From an uncultured delta proteobacterium (GTDB taxonomy: Bacteria; Desulfobacterota; Binatia; UBA9968): 64,000 nucleotides of DNA. Below the pieces are notes generated by a model. The model was not told where the DNA came from. It saw nothing but the letters and a program-made list of their open reading frames with translations, and did not search any database. The stretch lies in NCBI GenBank assembly GCA_963755715.1, contig CAVWLW010000063.1, positions 1 through 64,000 of the forward strand. The letters are read 5' to 3'. A program made the position numbers and the translations under genes. Below, one piece after another: positions 10,836 through 20,571 of the stretch; the first letter of the stretch is position 1; the number at the start of each line of letters is the position of its first letter.

Positions 10836-12131
10836 TTAGCCCGCGATTCGTTCCTCCTCCGCAACCTTGCCGCCCGCGGCGCTGCCGCCAATTTGGTCCC
10901 AGCGGAATTTTACAATCTCCGGTACGCGCCAAACGGTTAACAGCGTCATGATCGATATGATGATGCCGCCGGCGAAAGTCGCTTCGCGCGCGCCGATCAG
11001 CGGCACGATCAATCCGGTTTCGGTTTGCCCCAGCGGATGGAGACCGCGGTTGCTGAGTTGAAAAACCCCCATCACCCGGCCGCGAAATTTTTCCGGCGTG
11101 AGCATTTGCAGAATCGTTCCTCGGGAGGCGCCCCAAATCGTGTCCATGGCGCCGACGAATGTGAGTAATGCCAGCGCGATCGGAAAGGATGGCGACAGAC
11201 CGAACAGGGCGAAGCCGGCGCCATAAAGGATCGCCGACACAAAAAGGATCTTGCCTTGGCCCGGACGGTGCCCCATGCCGATGAAAATGCTCGAGCCGAT
11301 CACGGCGCCGAGACCGCGCGACGATTGCAAAAAGCCGAAGCCCTCGGCGCCGACTCGAAAGACGTCGCTGGCGAGAATCGTCAGCATCGCGTGGTCGAGA
11401 CCGAAAACCGAGCCGAAAGCCTCCATGACCGTAAGCCCGAGAATAATCGGCCGCGAGACGATATAAGAAAATCCCTCCTGAGTTTCACTAAAAAAGTGGC
11501 GCCGTTTTTCCGCCGGTGGAGATGACGCTCGCATGAGCAGCAAGGCGATGACGACGACCAAAAAGCTGGCGGCGTTGGCGTAAAACGCGCCGGCGGTACC
11601 CATGGCGCCGATGGCAATCCCGCCGAGAGTCGGACCGAGCAAAGCCGCGCCTTTCCAGAGCAGAGAATTTAACGCTACGGCGTTGGGCAGCACCGAGCGC
11701 GGCACCAGCGAGGGAAACAGCGCCTGGCGCGCCGGGCCGTCGAACGAGCCCACGGATGAGCTGATAAAGGTAAACAAAAAAATTTGCCAGGCTTGGATAT
11801 GGCCCGCCTGATCCAGAACGCCGAGCGCCAAGCTCAGCGCGCCGAGAATCAGCTGGGTCCAGAGCATCAGCCATCTGCGATCGTAACGATCCGCGAAAGT
11901 GCCGCTGATCAATCCGAGCGTGATCGCCGGAATCGCGCGAAACACGCCGTTCAATCCGAGCTGCACGGGAGAATTGGTCAGTTGATAGAGCAACCAATTG
12001 GTCGCCGTCATCTGCATCCATGTGCCGATGTTGGAGACGAACAAACTAAACCAGAAGAGGCGAAAGTCGCGGTAGCGAAAGGCGGCAAGGCGGCCCGGCC
12101 GTGTAGGTGGAGAACTCGGTGCGTCGCTCAT
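10836..12131 (-). CDS. MFS transporter (MFS_3/DUF894-like)
   Basis: AFRYRDFRLFW..SNIGTWMQ; GTFADRYDRR; ~12 hydrophobic segments. Confidence 0.9.
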   Translation of the reverse strand: MSDAPSSPPTRPGRLAAFRYRDFRLFWFSLFVSNIGTWMQMTATNWLLYQLTNSPVQLGLNGVFRAIPAITLGLISGTFADRYDRRWLMLWTQLILGALSLALGVLDQAGHIQAWQIFLFTFISSSVGSFDGPARQALFPSLVPRSVLPNAVALNSLLWKGAALLGPTLGGIAIGAMGTAGAFYANAASFLVVVIALLLMRASSPPAEKRRHFFSETQEGFSYIVSRPIILGLTVMEAFGSVFGLDHAMLTILASDVFRVGAEGFGFLQSSRGLGAVIGSSIFIGMGHRPGQGKILFVSAILYGAGFALFGLSPSFPIALALLTFVGAMDTIWGASRGTILQMLTPEKFRGRVMGVFQLSNRGLHPLGQTETGLIVPLIGAREATFAGGIIISIMTLLTVWRVPEIVKFRWDQIGGSAAGGKVAEEERIAG

Positions 12132-12285
12132 CAACAGAATCTTGTATACGAACGGTAAGCGGGACGAAAGGGTGGTGACGGCTTTGCCGCCATGGCGAAC
12201 CTGATGTGGTGTCGCGGCCGTGCGCCCGACTAGTGTTCCCGCAGGTGTTGTCGACGAATTTCGGAGAGGCGAAAAATGTTTTCCA

Positions 12286-13578
12286 CTATTCGAGGCCGCC
12301 GGAGAGAGCTTCGCCGCGTTTTGGCTCGTGGCGCGGCGTGTCGAGGCTGAAGCGGGGCAATTCGGAAAGTTTCAACGCCGTCGCAAGCGTCACAGCAGAA
12401 ACGATCAGCCCGCCCAATGCCGTGGCGGCGCGAGCGCCCACGACCGGAACTAATAGTCCGGTTTCGACTTGGCCGAGCGGGTTGAGGCCTTGGTTGCTCA
12501 ATTGAAAGATGCCCATGACTCGGCCGCGCAGTCGGTCGGGAGTCAGCCACTGCAGAATTGTGCTGCGCGCCGATGCCCAGATCGTATCGACGGCGCCGAC
12601 AAAAGTGAGCAATAGAAGAGCCAGAGTGAAAGACGGGGCCAAGCCGAAGAGAGCGAACCCCGCGCCGTAAAGCAGCGCCGAGATGAGCAGGATCTTGCCC
12701 TGATAAGGGCGCTGGCCGATGGTGATAAACAGAATCGAACCGATCACCGCGCCGAGGCCGCGCGCCGATTGTAGAAGTCCAAAACCCTGCGCGCCGACGC
12801 GCAAGATGTCGCTCGCGAAGATCGTCAGGATCGCGTTGTCGAGACCGAAGATCGACGTCGTTGCTTCCATGATGATTACGCCCAGAATGACATTCTGAGA
12901 GTACACAAAGGACAGACCGGCTTTCATTTCATGGACAATATGACGAGTTTGCTGCGGCGGGATCGAGTGGCTCCGCATCAAAAGGAGCGCGATGATAACG
13001 GCGAGAAAACTCGCCGCGTTGGCGTAGAACGCGCCGCTCGTGCCGATCCAACCGATGGCGATACCACCGAGCATGGGGCCGAGCAAAGCCGCGCCTTTCC
13101 ATAAAATAGAATTCAGCGCGACCGCGTTGGGCAACAGCGCGCGCGGGATCAGTGACGGAAACAACGCTTGGCGCGCCGGCCCGTCGCAGGAACTCACGGC
13201 GGCGCTGAAAAATGTGATCGTGTAAATATGCCATGGGCGGATGTTTTCCGAATGGTCGAGCACGCCAAGCAGCAGGGCCAGCGATCCTAATAGACATTGA
13301 GTCGTGAGCAATAGTTTCTTGCGATCGTAGCGGTCCGCCAGGGCGCCGCTAAAGATGCCGAGCGCGATCGCCGGCACGGCGCGGAAAAGCCCGTTGATGC
13401 CGAGTTGCAGCGGCGACTTGGTGAGCTTGTAAAGCAACCAATTTACCGCCGTCATCTGCATCCAGGTGCCGACGTTGGAAGTGAATACGCTGAACCAAAA
13501 AAGCCTGAAGTCGCGATAGCGAAAGGCGGCGAGCCGCCCGATGGATTGCGGCTCAGCCGGAGAAGAATCGTCTGGCAT
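12286..13578 (-). CDS. MFS transporter (MFS_3/DUF894-like), tandem paralog
   Basis: Closely similar to 10836-12131 along its length. Confidence 0.9.
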   Translation of the reverse strand: MPDDSSPAEPQSIGRLAAFRYRDFRLFWFSVFTSNVGTWMQMTAVNWLLYKLTKSPLQLGINGLFRAVPAIALGIFSGALADRYDRKKLLLTTQCLLGSLALLLGVLDHSENIRPWHIYTITFFSAAVSSCDGPARQALFPSLIPRALLPNAVALNSILWKGAALLGPMLGGIAIGWIGTSGAFYANAASFLAVIIALLLMRSHSIPPQQTRHIVHEMKAGLSFVYSQNVILGVIIMEATTSIFGLDNAILTIFASDILRVGAQGFGLLQSARGLGAVIGSILFITIGQRPYQGKILLISALLYGAGFALFGLAPSFTLALLLLTFVGAVDTIWASARSTILQWLTPDRLRGRVMGIFQLSNQGLNPLGQVETGLLVPVVGARAATALGGLIVSAVTLATALKLSELPRFSLDTPRHEPKRGEALSGGLE

Positions 13579-13626
13579 TCGCGAAGAACTAGTTGTCGAG
13601 CGACGATGAAAGAAAAATGCGCGCTA

Positions 13627-14532
13627 TCAATGGAGTTCCCAGTAGGCAAAACCCATGGCGCAGCCGACGCCCGTGGTGGTGCGATAGAGCGGGAAAGTAG
13701 TCGACGAGGTTTCCGCGCCGATCGGCGGCGGCCGCGGTGACGATCCAGTTACGAATTTCTGACGTCCCTTCCACCAGATCCGACGCACGCATCGCCGCCA
13801 TGTAATTCAGATCGTTTTGCTTGAGCGCCTGAATAAATTCATGGTCCAGTTGTTCGTCGATCTTGGTATGGCTGAGTCCGCCGGAACCGACGACGACAAC
13901 GCGCTGGTCACCGGAAATACGGCGCAAAACGTTCGCCAGCGCGCGGCCGAAGTGGACGCAGCGCTGCGCCGACGGCGCCGGCGGATAGTAGGTGTTGACC
14001 ATCACCGGAACTACGGCGTGCTTGGCCTGGGGGCTCACAAACTTGAGCACGCGCGCAAAGGCATGGCCGAGCCCGCCGTCATAGCGGGTTTTCTTCGAAT
14101 ACGACGGATCGAAGCCTTCTTCCATGAGGCCGTTAACAAGGCCTTCGGCGATTTTGGTGGCGACGCGATACTTGGTGCGATTTTCCGATTTGGGTTGATT
14201 TAAGTAGCGCAGGCTGAGGCTCGCTTCCACTTCCTCGCCCATGAAGATGGTGAACGGCGGCATGTTGTCGTCGACGAGATTTTCATGTTGATCGTCGCCG
14301 ACGACAACGAGAACATCAGGATTAAAAGTTGCGATCTTTTCGCGCAGCTTGCCGATCGCTTCCATGCAGCCGTTCCACTTCGACCATTTGACTTCCTGCG
14401 TTTCCTTCTCCAGGCCCGGCTTGTCGGGCAGGTGTTCGCTCTGCCGAGTGTTCAGCAGATGCCAGCTGTCGGGATTCAACATTAATTGCGGCGCGTGCGA
14501 CATCGCCGCGCAGCCGACTAAGATTTGCCATG
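13627..14532 (-). CDS. Class III extradiol ring-cleavage dioxygenase (LigB/MhpB-like), frameshifts near both ends
   Basis: SHAP, VVGDDQH, GLGHAF, SGGLSH, SEIRNW; corrected C-terminus FPLYRTTTGVGCAMGFAYWELH*. Confidence 0.85.
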
Positions 14533-14540
14533 ATTGCTTC

Positions 14541-15584
14541 CTATGCTTGCGCCGCTTTCAAATCGGATAGCTCGGGCACCGTGAGATTCAACTTAGACCA
14601 GTTGATGCCGCTGTCGTCGCTACCGAACAGATCGCCATTTCGCTGCGCTGCGTACATGCAATCGGCGTTGGCTGGATCGAAGGCGAAAGTTTCGACGAAG
14701 CTCCGGTTCGCTTGGGAAATCGCGCCGTCGAGTTTCTTCCAGCTTTGGCCGCTGTCGGTGGACTGAATGAGAAACGCTTCGGCGCCGCTATTGCGCTTGC
14801 GCCATTGGCCGGGTTGTCCGTTGGCCACCGCGGAATAAAGCACGTTGTGTTTTTTCGGATGAATCGTCAGCGGCACGGAGTATTCCTCCTTGAATTCCAT
14901 CGCCATGGGCGCCCAGTTTTTGCCGCCGTCGCTGCTCGAATAGAGCGCGCGCCCGGGAGCTTTTCCCGCGCGGCAGTCATGGCCGCCGGTGGCGATGAAA
15001 ATCTTGTTGCTGTCTTCGGGGTGGAGCACGATGGTGTGCACGTCGCAGTCGAGATTCTTGTTGAGCAGCTCCCAGTTCTTGCCGCCGTCCGTGGTCTTGA
15101 GCATGTAGCCCACTTGCAGCGCCACGTACATGGTTTTTGGGTCCTTGGGGTCGATAGTAATGTCGCGCACATGCGGCTCCACAGCGGCTACCGGGTAAGT
15201 GACTGTTGAGACCCAGGGGATATTCCAAACCGAATCGAGGCGCTCCCAGTTCTTCGCTTCATCGCGGCTGATGAAAACATCGATGGGCTCCGTTCCCGCG
15301 TAGAGAGTTTTGGCATCGTGCGGATCGAAGGACAGGCAACGCACTTTTCCCGGCCCGCGCTTGCCATAGCAGGGCTTTTTCCAGCTCGCGCCAAAATCTT
15401 CGCTGACCCAGACGCCGTCGCCGCGCGTTCCGGCGAAAACTTTATTCGGCGCATTCGGTGAAACCGCGACTTCCGGAATCTGCCAATCTTTGAGTCCGTG
15501 ATGTTCCTGTTTCCAGTTGTGGCCGTCTGCACTCTTGAGCGTGACCACGCCTTCATCCGTTGCAACATAGAGGATGGATGCCAT
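14541..15584 (-). CDS. BNR/Asp-box beta-propeller protein (Ycf48-like), no signal peptide
   Basis: Repeated S/T-x-D-x-G-x-x-W motifs (SEDFGASW, TTDGGKNW, SSDGGKNW, STDSGQSW, SDDSGINW). Confidence 0.85.
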   Translation of the reverse strand: MASILYVATDEGVVTLKSADGHNWKQEHHGLKDWQIPEVAVSPNAPNKVFAGTRGDGVWVSEDFGASWKKPCYGKRGPGKVRCLSFDPHDAKTLYAGTEPIDVFISRDEAKNWERLDSVWNIPWVSTVTYPVAAVEPHVRDITIDPKDPKTMYVALQVGYMLKTTDGGKNWELLNKNLDCDVHTIVLHPEDSNKIFIATGGHDCRAGKAPGRALYSSSDGGKNWAPMAMEFKEEYSVPLTIHPKKHNVLYSAVANGQPGQWRKRNSGAEAFLIQSTDSGQSWKKLDGAISQANRSFVETFAFDPANADCMYAAQRNGDLFGSDDSGINWSKLNLTVPELSDLKAAQA

Positions 15585-15699
15585 AGCTTTTCCCTCCCAA
15601 TTATTGATGAATTCATATCTACTATACCGCAACTGACTCGACAAGCTGAACCAAGCTTCGAAATTTAAGGGTTAATGGCCAAAGAAAAAGTCCATTTTT

Positions 15700-15885
15700 A
15701 TCGCCTCAATCCCTTGTCGACCAAATTTTTCAGCGGTTCGCAGGTGAAAAACATCGAAGGGTTTCTTCAAAGACCCGCAACAGAGCGGGATTGTTTCTGA
15801 CTGGTGATACCGCCGATACGCGGTTTGATGATCACATTGGGCAGGTTCCTATAGCTCGGATTGGCTGGCAAAGGCTAGCGCTCAG
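15700..15885 (-). pseudogene. Decayed duplicate of the 3' end of the D-2-hydroxyacid dehydrogenase gene
   Basis: Minus strand reads NLPNVIIKPRIGGITSQK...EPLKNLVDKGL versus NLPNVIITPRIAGITSQK...EPLKNLVDKELGY at 16732-16890. Confidence 0.8.
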
Positions 15886-15921
15886 CAGGCGCGTCTTTCA
15901 GCGATAGGTCTGAGGGATTGA

Positions 15922-16218
15922 TTAACCGCTAGGTTTAAGTCGTTTTCTGATCCATAATGGATTTCTACGACAATCCAATACGGCATGTACACGGACCAAA
16001 TCTCCCACCACATTTAGTAAATGGCGAAAGGAAAACGCTTGACAGGTAGCGGTGATACCGTAAACGAGTTGATGAATTCCAGCGAATAGCACCAGCGAGT
16101 CGATATCTGAGAAGAGGCAATCTAAGAAATAAGATCCAACTCCGATCTCCCGCTTTTCGTAGAAGCGGAAGCCTTCTATTAAGTCCTCTTGGGCGTCGTC
16201 GAGGATCTCGATTCTCAC
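15922..16218 (-). CDS. RelE/ParE-family toxin (internal indels likely)
   Basis: A..DL..G..FYE...G.G..F and HAVLDCRRNP.WI pattern; overlaps antitoxin stop; middle section garbled. Confidence 0.8.
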   Translation of the reverse strand: MRIEILDDAQEDLIEGFRFYEKREIGVGSYFLDCLFSDIDSLVLFAGIHQLVYGITATCQAFSFRHLLNVVGDLVRVHAVLDCRRNPLWIRKRLKPSG

Positions 16219-16433
16219 AGTAGCTTTTTGCGAATCTCCGCTTTAGCGGTCTCCCAGTCCTCAAATTGAGCGTTTCCCTCGGCGATTTTCTGGCGACGCT
16301 CATCGAGGATGTCTTTGTGCCAGGTAGGTGACTCAACGGATTCTGGAGAGCGGGCGAGGTCCTCCCAAAGCAATTCCATCGCAGCAAGCTTTTCCTGCAG
16401 GGACATTTCTCTTAAAGGCAGATTCACTGACAT
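16215..16433 (-). CDS. Addiction-module antitoxin (Unstab_antitox/TIGR02574-like)
   Basis: MSLQEKLAAMELLWEDL...SPTWHKDILDERR...DWETAK. Confidence 0.88.
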   Translation of the reverse strand: MSVNLPLREMSLQEKLAAMELLWEDLARSPESVESPTWHKDILDERRQKIAEGNAQFEDWETAKAEIRKKLL

Positions 16434-16439
16434 AAACGA

Positions 16440-16469
16440 AGTATATACCTCCAGTCCTGTTCGTTTCAA
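16440..16469 (-). promoter_or_regulatory. Putative sigma-70 promoter of TA operon (probably leaderless transcript)
   Basis: TTGAAA-N18-TATACT ending 6 nt before ATG 16433. Confidence 0.5.
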
Positions 16470-16731
16470 ACTATCGGCTTATTGGTAGGCTACGGACCGG
16501 TTTTTTTGCTATTATATTTGCCTATTGTAATAGTATCGGCAAAGCCGCCGGCAAGAAGAAGGCCTTTGTCGAGAAAGGCTGGATCTTGTCCGTGATCTTC
16601 ATTTGATCCTTTAATCGACCAAGAACACGAATGAGAAACTTTATGCACTTGCAAGCTTTGCAGTTCTGTAAAAAGTGAAGCGTAATTGGGATAGCGGAAC
16701 GCGCAGCGCTTTATCCGACTAGATTTTTGTA

Positions 16732-17682
16732 TCAATAGCCTAGTTCTTTATCGACTAGATTCTTCAACGGCTCGCCGGCGATAAAGCGCTTCAGATTGTC
16801 CGCAAAGACCGGCAACAGCGCGGGCCATTTTTGACTGGTGATGCCGGCGATGCGCGGAGTGATGATCACGTTGGGTAGGTTCCATAGTTCGGACTCTTCC
16901 GGTAACGGCTGTTTGGCGAATGCATCCAAAACGGCGCCGGCGATCCAGTGCTCCTTCAAGGCGCGCACGAGCAAAGGTTCTTCTATCGCGCGTCCGCCGG
17001 TGAGATTGATCAGATAGGCGCTTTTCTTCATCGCGCGCAATTCATTTTCGCCGATGATATTGAACGTCGACGGTACCGACGCCAAGAGCAAGACGACAAA
17101 ATCAGATTGCATGAGCAACTGCGGTAGGAATTCCGCCGTGCCCAATTCGTCGACGTAATCCGGTTTTGCCGTCGCGGTTCGTTTGGTTGCGAGAACGCGC
17201 ATGCCGAGAGCTTTTGCTTTGCGCGCCAATTCAAGTCCGACGGTGCCGAGCCCGACGATGCCGATTGTTTTTCCTTCGATCTCGAAGGGCGCGAATTTTT
17301 GCCAACGTTTCTGCTTCTGGGCGTCGATGCACTCCGGCAATTTTTTTGCGAGCATGAAGATGCAGGCAAGAGCGAATTCTGAAAACACCGTGCCGTGGAT
17401 ACCTTTGGAGCCGGTTACTTGGATCGGGCGAGACTTCACCGTTGGTGTAAGATAAGCATTGACGCCGCCGCGGGTGACATGAAGCCATTTTAAGCTTGGC
17501 ATCTGTTGAACAAGCTCGTCCGGCAAAACTTCTTCGGTGAAGACCGCTTCCACTTGCTGCAGCCAGCCGGCATCGACCCTCGATTCATCTGCTTGGTGTA
17601 GCTCACTGTCAGGGAAATGCCCTTGGAGAGCAGATAATTCTGTTTCCGGAAGTTTTACCCGCAGCCAGATTTTGTGCGCCAT
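16732..17682 (-). CDS. D-2-hydroxyacid dehydrogenase family protein
   Basis: GIVGLGTVG, GAVLDAF..PLP..S.LW..PNVIITP; usual catalytic residues look altered (NLTGG for N.xRG, TPR for TPH). Confidence 0.85.
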   Translation of the reverse strand: MAHKIWLRVKLPETELSALQGHFPDSELHQADESRVDAGWLQQVEAVFTEEVLPDELVQQMPSLKWLHVTRGGVNAYLTPTVKSRPIQVTGSKGIHGTVFSEFALACIFMLAKKLPECIDAQKQKRWQKFAPFEIEGKTIGIVGLGTVGLELARKAKALGMRVLATKRTATAKPDYVDELGTAEFLPQLLMQSDFVVLLLASVPSTFNIIGENELRAMKKSAYLINLTGGRAIEEPLLVRALKEHWIAGAVLDAFAKQPLPEESELWNLPNVIITPRIAGITSQKWPALLPVFADNLKRFIAGEPLKNLVDKELGY

Positions 17683-17736
17683 AAAATTTTTCGTATAGGA
17701 ACGGTGAAACGCTGTCAAATCATCGTTTCGTTGACG

Positions 17737-18522
17737 ATGATTACGCCCCATGTTAGTAAGCCGAATACGTGGAGAATCACAATCCAAAAACCAAAAACTC
17801 AAATCCAAAATCTTAAGCGCCGCCTCGTCGAAGGAATTCAAGTCATTACCGGCGAGGGCGTCCTTTCGGGCTCCGGCCATTTGAGCGCGCGCATTCCCGG
17901 CACGGAGACTTTCTTGATCAATCCGCGTTTTGCCGGCGTGCTCGCCGATCCAAAGGATATTTGCATCGTCGGTTTCGACGGCAAGCGCATCGCCGGCGCG
18001 GGGCCGATTCCCTCGGAGACGCCGATTCACGCAGCGGTGTATCGCGCCCGCCCCGATATCGGCAGCGTGATTCACTGCCATGCGCGCGCGTCGATACTTG
18101 TCGGCCTGCTCGACACCGGCCTGATTCCGTTCAACCGCGAAGCGCGCATCTTCGCCGATGGCGTGCCGATTTTTCCCGATAGCCACGGCATCAACAGCTT
18201 CGCATTAGCCGAGCGCATGGTCGCCAATCTCGGGCCGCACTATGCGACGCTGCTGCGCGGCCATGGCGTCGTCGTCACCGGACCGGGGATCGAGGGCGCT
18301 TGTATTTCGGCGATTCAACTCGAGCGCGCCTGCCAGGATCAGCTGTTGATGATGAGCATCACCGAGCTCAAACCGCTGGCCGATGCCGGGCGCGGCCGCA
18401 ATAACGCGCGCCTGGAGAATCCTTACCGCGCTTGGCCGTTTCTGCTGTACAAACACAAGATCAAGTCGAAGGCGCAAATCCGCAAAGACATCCGCACATT
18501 GAAAGAAGGTGAACATTACTGA
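17737..18522 (+). CDS. Class II aldolase/adducin family protein (start uncertain)
   Basis: GHLSAR, PSETPIH..VYRARPD...IHCH, LLRGHG Zn-binding motifs. Confidence 0.88.
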   Translation: MITPHVSKPNTWRITIQKPKTQIQNLKRRLVEGIQVITGEGVLSGSGHLSARIPGTETFLINPRFAGVLADPKDICIVGFDGKRIAGAGPIPSETPIHAAVYRARPDIGSVIHCHARASILVGLLDTGLIPFNREARIFADGVPIFPDSHGINSFALAERMVANLGPHYATLLRGHGVVVTGPGIEGACISAIQLERACQDQLLMMSITELKPLADAGRGRNNARLENPYRAWPFLLYKHKIKSKAQIRKDIRTLKEGEHY

Positions 18523-18564
18523 GCGGAGCGAGGATCGAAGATCGAGCATGGATCCGGCGTCAGA

Positions 18565-19590
18565 ATGAAAAACTGTTCGGCGATGAAAAAAGGTACGTGG
18601 ATATTTGCCAGCCTTGCGTTCGCGTTGATGCCCCGGATGGCTTTGGCACAAGACAAGAAACTCGATTCTTTTACGATTTCCTATGCGTCGGTCTCGGGAA
18701 CACGGGCGCCGTTATGGATCGCCAAAGATCTCGGACTATTCGAAAAGTACGGCTTGGACGGCAATCTGATTTACATCGCCTCCGGCGTGACTTCCGTCAA
18801 CGCATTGCTGGGCGGCAGCGTCGATATCATCGCCGCGTCGGGATCGTCCGCCGTCGGCGCGGCGGCGCGCGGTGCGCCGTTGGTGATCGTCGCCAGCCTC
18901 GGACATATTGCCTATAAGCTGATTGCTCACCCGTCGATTAAATCGGTGCAGGAGCTCAAGGGCAAAATCATCGGCTCGAGCCGGATCGGCGCAGGTTCCG
19001 ACTTCGCTCTGCAACGCTTGATGCCGAAGCTCGGCTTGGTTCCCGGCAAAGACGTGCAATTGCTCGCCACTGGTATCAGCGAGTCGGACCGCCGGATGCT
19101 GATGCTGTTGCAAGGCAAGATCGACGCGACGTTGGGAACCGAAGACAATCTTCTTCAATTGGCCAATCGCGGCATGAAATTTTCCGTTTTGGCGGATCTT
19201 TACGACTCCGGTGTGTTTACCACGGGCAGCGATATCGCCACGAGCCGCCAGTTGCTGAAACAACGGCCGAGACAACTCAAGGCATTTCTCATGGCGGTTA
19301 CCGAGGGAACTTGGGTCGGCCGCAACAATAAAGATCTGACCATGCGCATCTATCGCAAGTATATGAAGATCGAAGATCAAAAGCTGCTGGAGTCGATGCA
19401 CAAAAATTATTTGCTCGGCTCGATTCCCGTGCGGCCGTTTCCGAACGAAGAAGCGATACAAAACGACATCGAAGACTTGAGCCAATCCTTGCCGCATCTA
19501 CGCGGAAAAAAAGCCGCGGAGTTTCTCGATCTCTCGCTTTTGAAAAGCATGGATGAGGAAGGTTTCTTCAAGCGGCTGCAAGGAAAATAG
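18565..19590 (+). CDS. NitT/TauT (SsuA/THI5-like) ABC substrate-binding protein
   Basis: PLWIAKD.GLFEKYGLD, LKGK.IG, C-terminal D.S.L...EEGFF. Confidence 0.88.
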   Translation: MKNCSAMKKGTWIFASLAFALMPRMALAQDKKLDSFTISYASVSGTRAPLWIAKDLGLFEKYGLDGNLIYIASGVTSVNALLGGSVDIIAASGSSAVGAAARGAPLVIVASLGHIAYKLIAHPSIKSVQELKGKIIGSSRIGAGSDFALQRLMPKLGLVPGKDVQLLATGISESDRRMLMLLQGKIDATLGTEDNLLQLANRGMKFSVLADLYDSGVFTTGSDIATSRQLLKQRPRQLKAFLMAVTEGTWVGRNNKDLTMRIYRKYMKIEDQKLLESMHKNYLLGSIPVRPFPNEEAIQNDIEDLSQSLPHLRGKKAAEFLDLSLLKSMDEEGFFKRLQGK

Positions 19591-19599
19591 CCCTCAGGG

Positions 19600-20073
19600 T
19601 TGCGCGAGCGGCGAAATTTGACCGACTTCAAGCCACGGATTATTTATTACGAACTTCCCGACGGTTGGACGCTGTTGGTGGGCGCGACGGACGCCGACAA
19701 CGACTACTTAAGCATCAAATTGGCCGAGCCCGCCGATTGGTGGTTTCATGCCGATAAAGTCCCCGGCAGCCATGTGATTCTGCGCGCGAGACCGGATGCG
19801 GAGCCAAGCCGTGAGACTTTAAAGCAAGCCGCGGCCGTGGCGGCGTACCACAGCAAGGCGCGCAATGCCGGAATGATCCCGGTTCACTGCACGCGAGCGC
19901 GCTACGTGTCGAAACCGCGCGGCGCCAAAGCCGGCACGGTCAACGTGGCGCACGGCAGCGTTTTGAAAGTCCGGCCCGATATTCGTTTGGCGACCCGACT
20001 GCGCGCCGGAAAAAAATTCGACAAGCCCTCGCAGCCCCGACTGTTAGCCGATAGACGATCATGCAAAGCCTGA
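19600..20073 (+). CDS. Stand-alone NFACT RNA-binding domain (DUF814) protein
   Basis: LVG..D.DND.L, DWWFHA..PGSHV, AA.AAYHSK, VSKP.G.K.G.V. Confidence 0.85.
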   Translation: MRERRNLTDFKPRIIYYELPDGWTLLVGATDADNDYLSIKLAEPADWWFHADKVPGSHVILRARPDAEPSRETLKQAAAVAAYHSKARNAGMIPVHCTRARYVSKPRGAKAGTVNVAHGSVLKVRPDIRLATRLRAGKKFDKPSQPRLLADRRSCKA

Positions 20074-20370
20074 CACTCGCTTACCGCGACGACGATCGAA
20101 CGCCGGTGATCTGCGCCATTCGCGCGATGGCTGCGCGCCACTACGATCTCGACGTGCGCGATCGTCAAAATCAAAGACGGCGGCGACTATGAGGCGGCGC
20201 TTTTCAACGGCGCTTCACAAGCGATCGCCAACACCTACGAGATCGCGACCATCGAATACCCCGCCGCAAAAAGATTGAACCCTCTCACGCTTTGGGATCT
20301 TCACTGGTCAAAGGCTTGGATGACGCGGGTTTTATCGACGATCTGGGAAGCGGCTCTCATTTTAAACTGA
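20061..20370 (+). pseudogene. Internally deleted NitT/TauT-like substrate-binding protein
   Basis: N-terminal MQSLTLAYRDDDRTPVI...YDLDV joined directly to a C-terminal-like AIANTYEIA...LWDLHW/VKGLDDAGFIDDL. Confidence 0.5.
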
Positions 20371-20388
20371 CGAGGGCGGTAATTGCGC

Positions 20389-20458
20389 CGTCACACCGGC
20401 GAAAGCCGGTGTCCAGTCTCCTCGGAAAGCCTGGATTCCGGCGTCCGCCGGAATGACA
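20389..20458. repeat. Pair of CGTC-type palindromic repeats
   Basis: CGTCACACCGGCGAAAGCCGGTGTCCAGT and inverted CTGGATTCCGGCGTCCGCCGGAATGACA. Confidence 0.85.
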
Positions 20459-20501
20459 TGAAAGGATTCCAGCTAGTTTTTTCCCGAGGTAGCCAAGACC
20501 C

Positions 20502-20530
20502 TTGCTCACATTTCGAATCCTGGATAGAGT
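20502..20530 (+). promoter_or_regulatory. Putative sigma-70 promoter of the GIY-YIG gene
   Basis: TTGCTC-N17-TAGAGT. Confidence 0.4.
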
Positions 20531-20571
20531 TTTGGCCTTGAGACGGAGCTCTGCATTACCGGTTCCCCGTT

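Noticed and set aside
16490-16735. 81-aa ORF between the TA pair and the dehydrogenase
   Set aside because: No recognisable motifs or RBS; atypical composition; not called
17683-18186. 168-aa N-terminal extension of the 2-hydroxyacid dehydrogenase ORF
   Set aside because: It is the antisense of the aldolase gene; the real start is probably 17682
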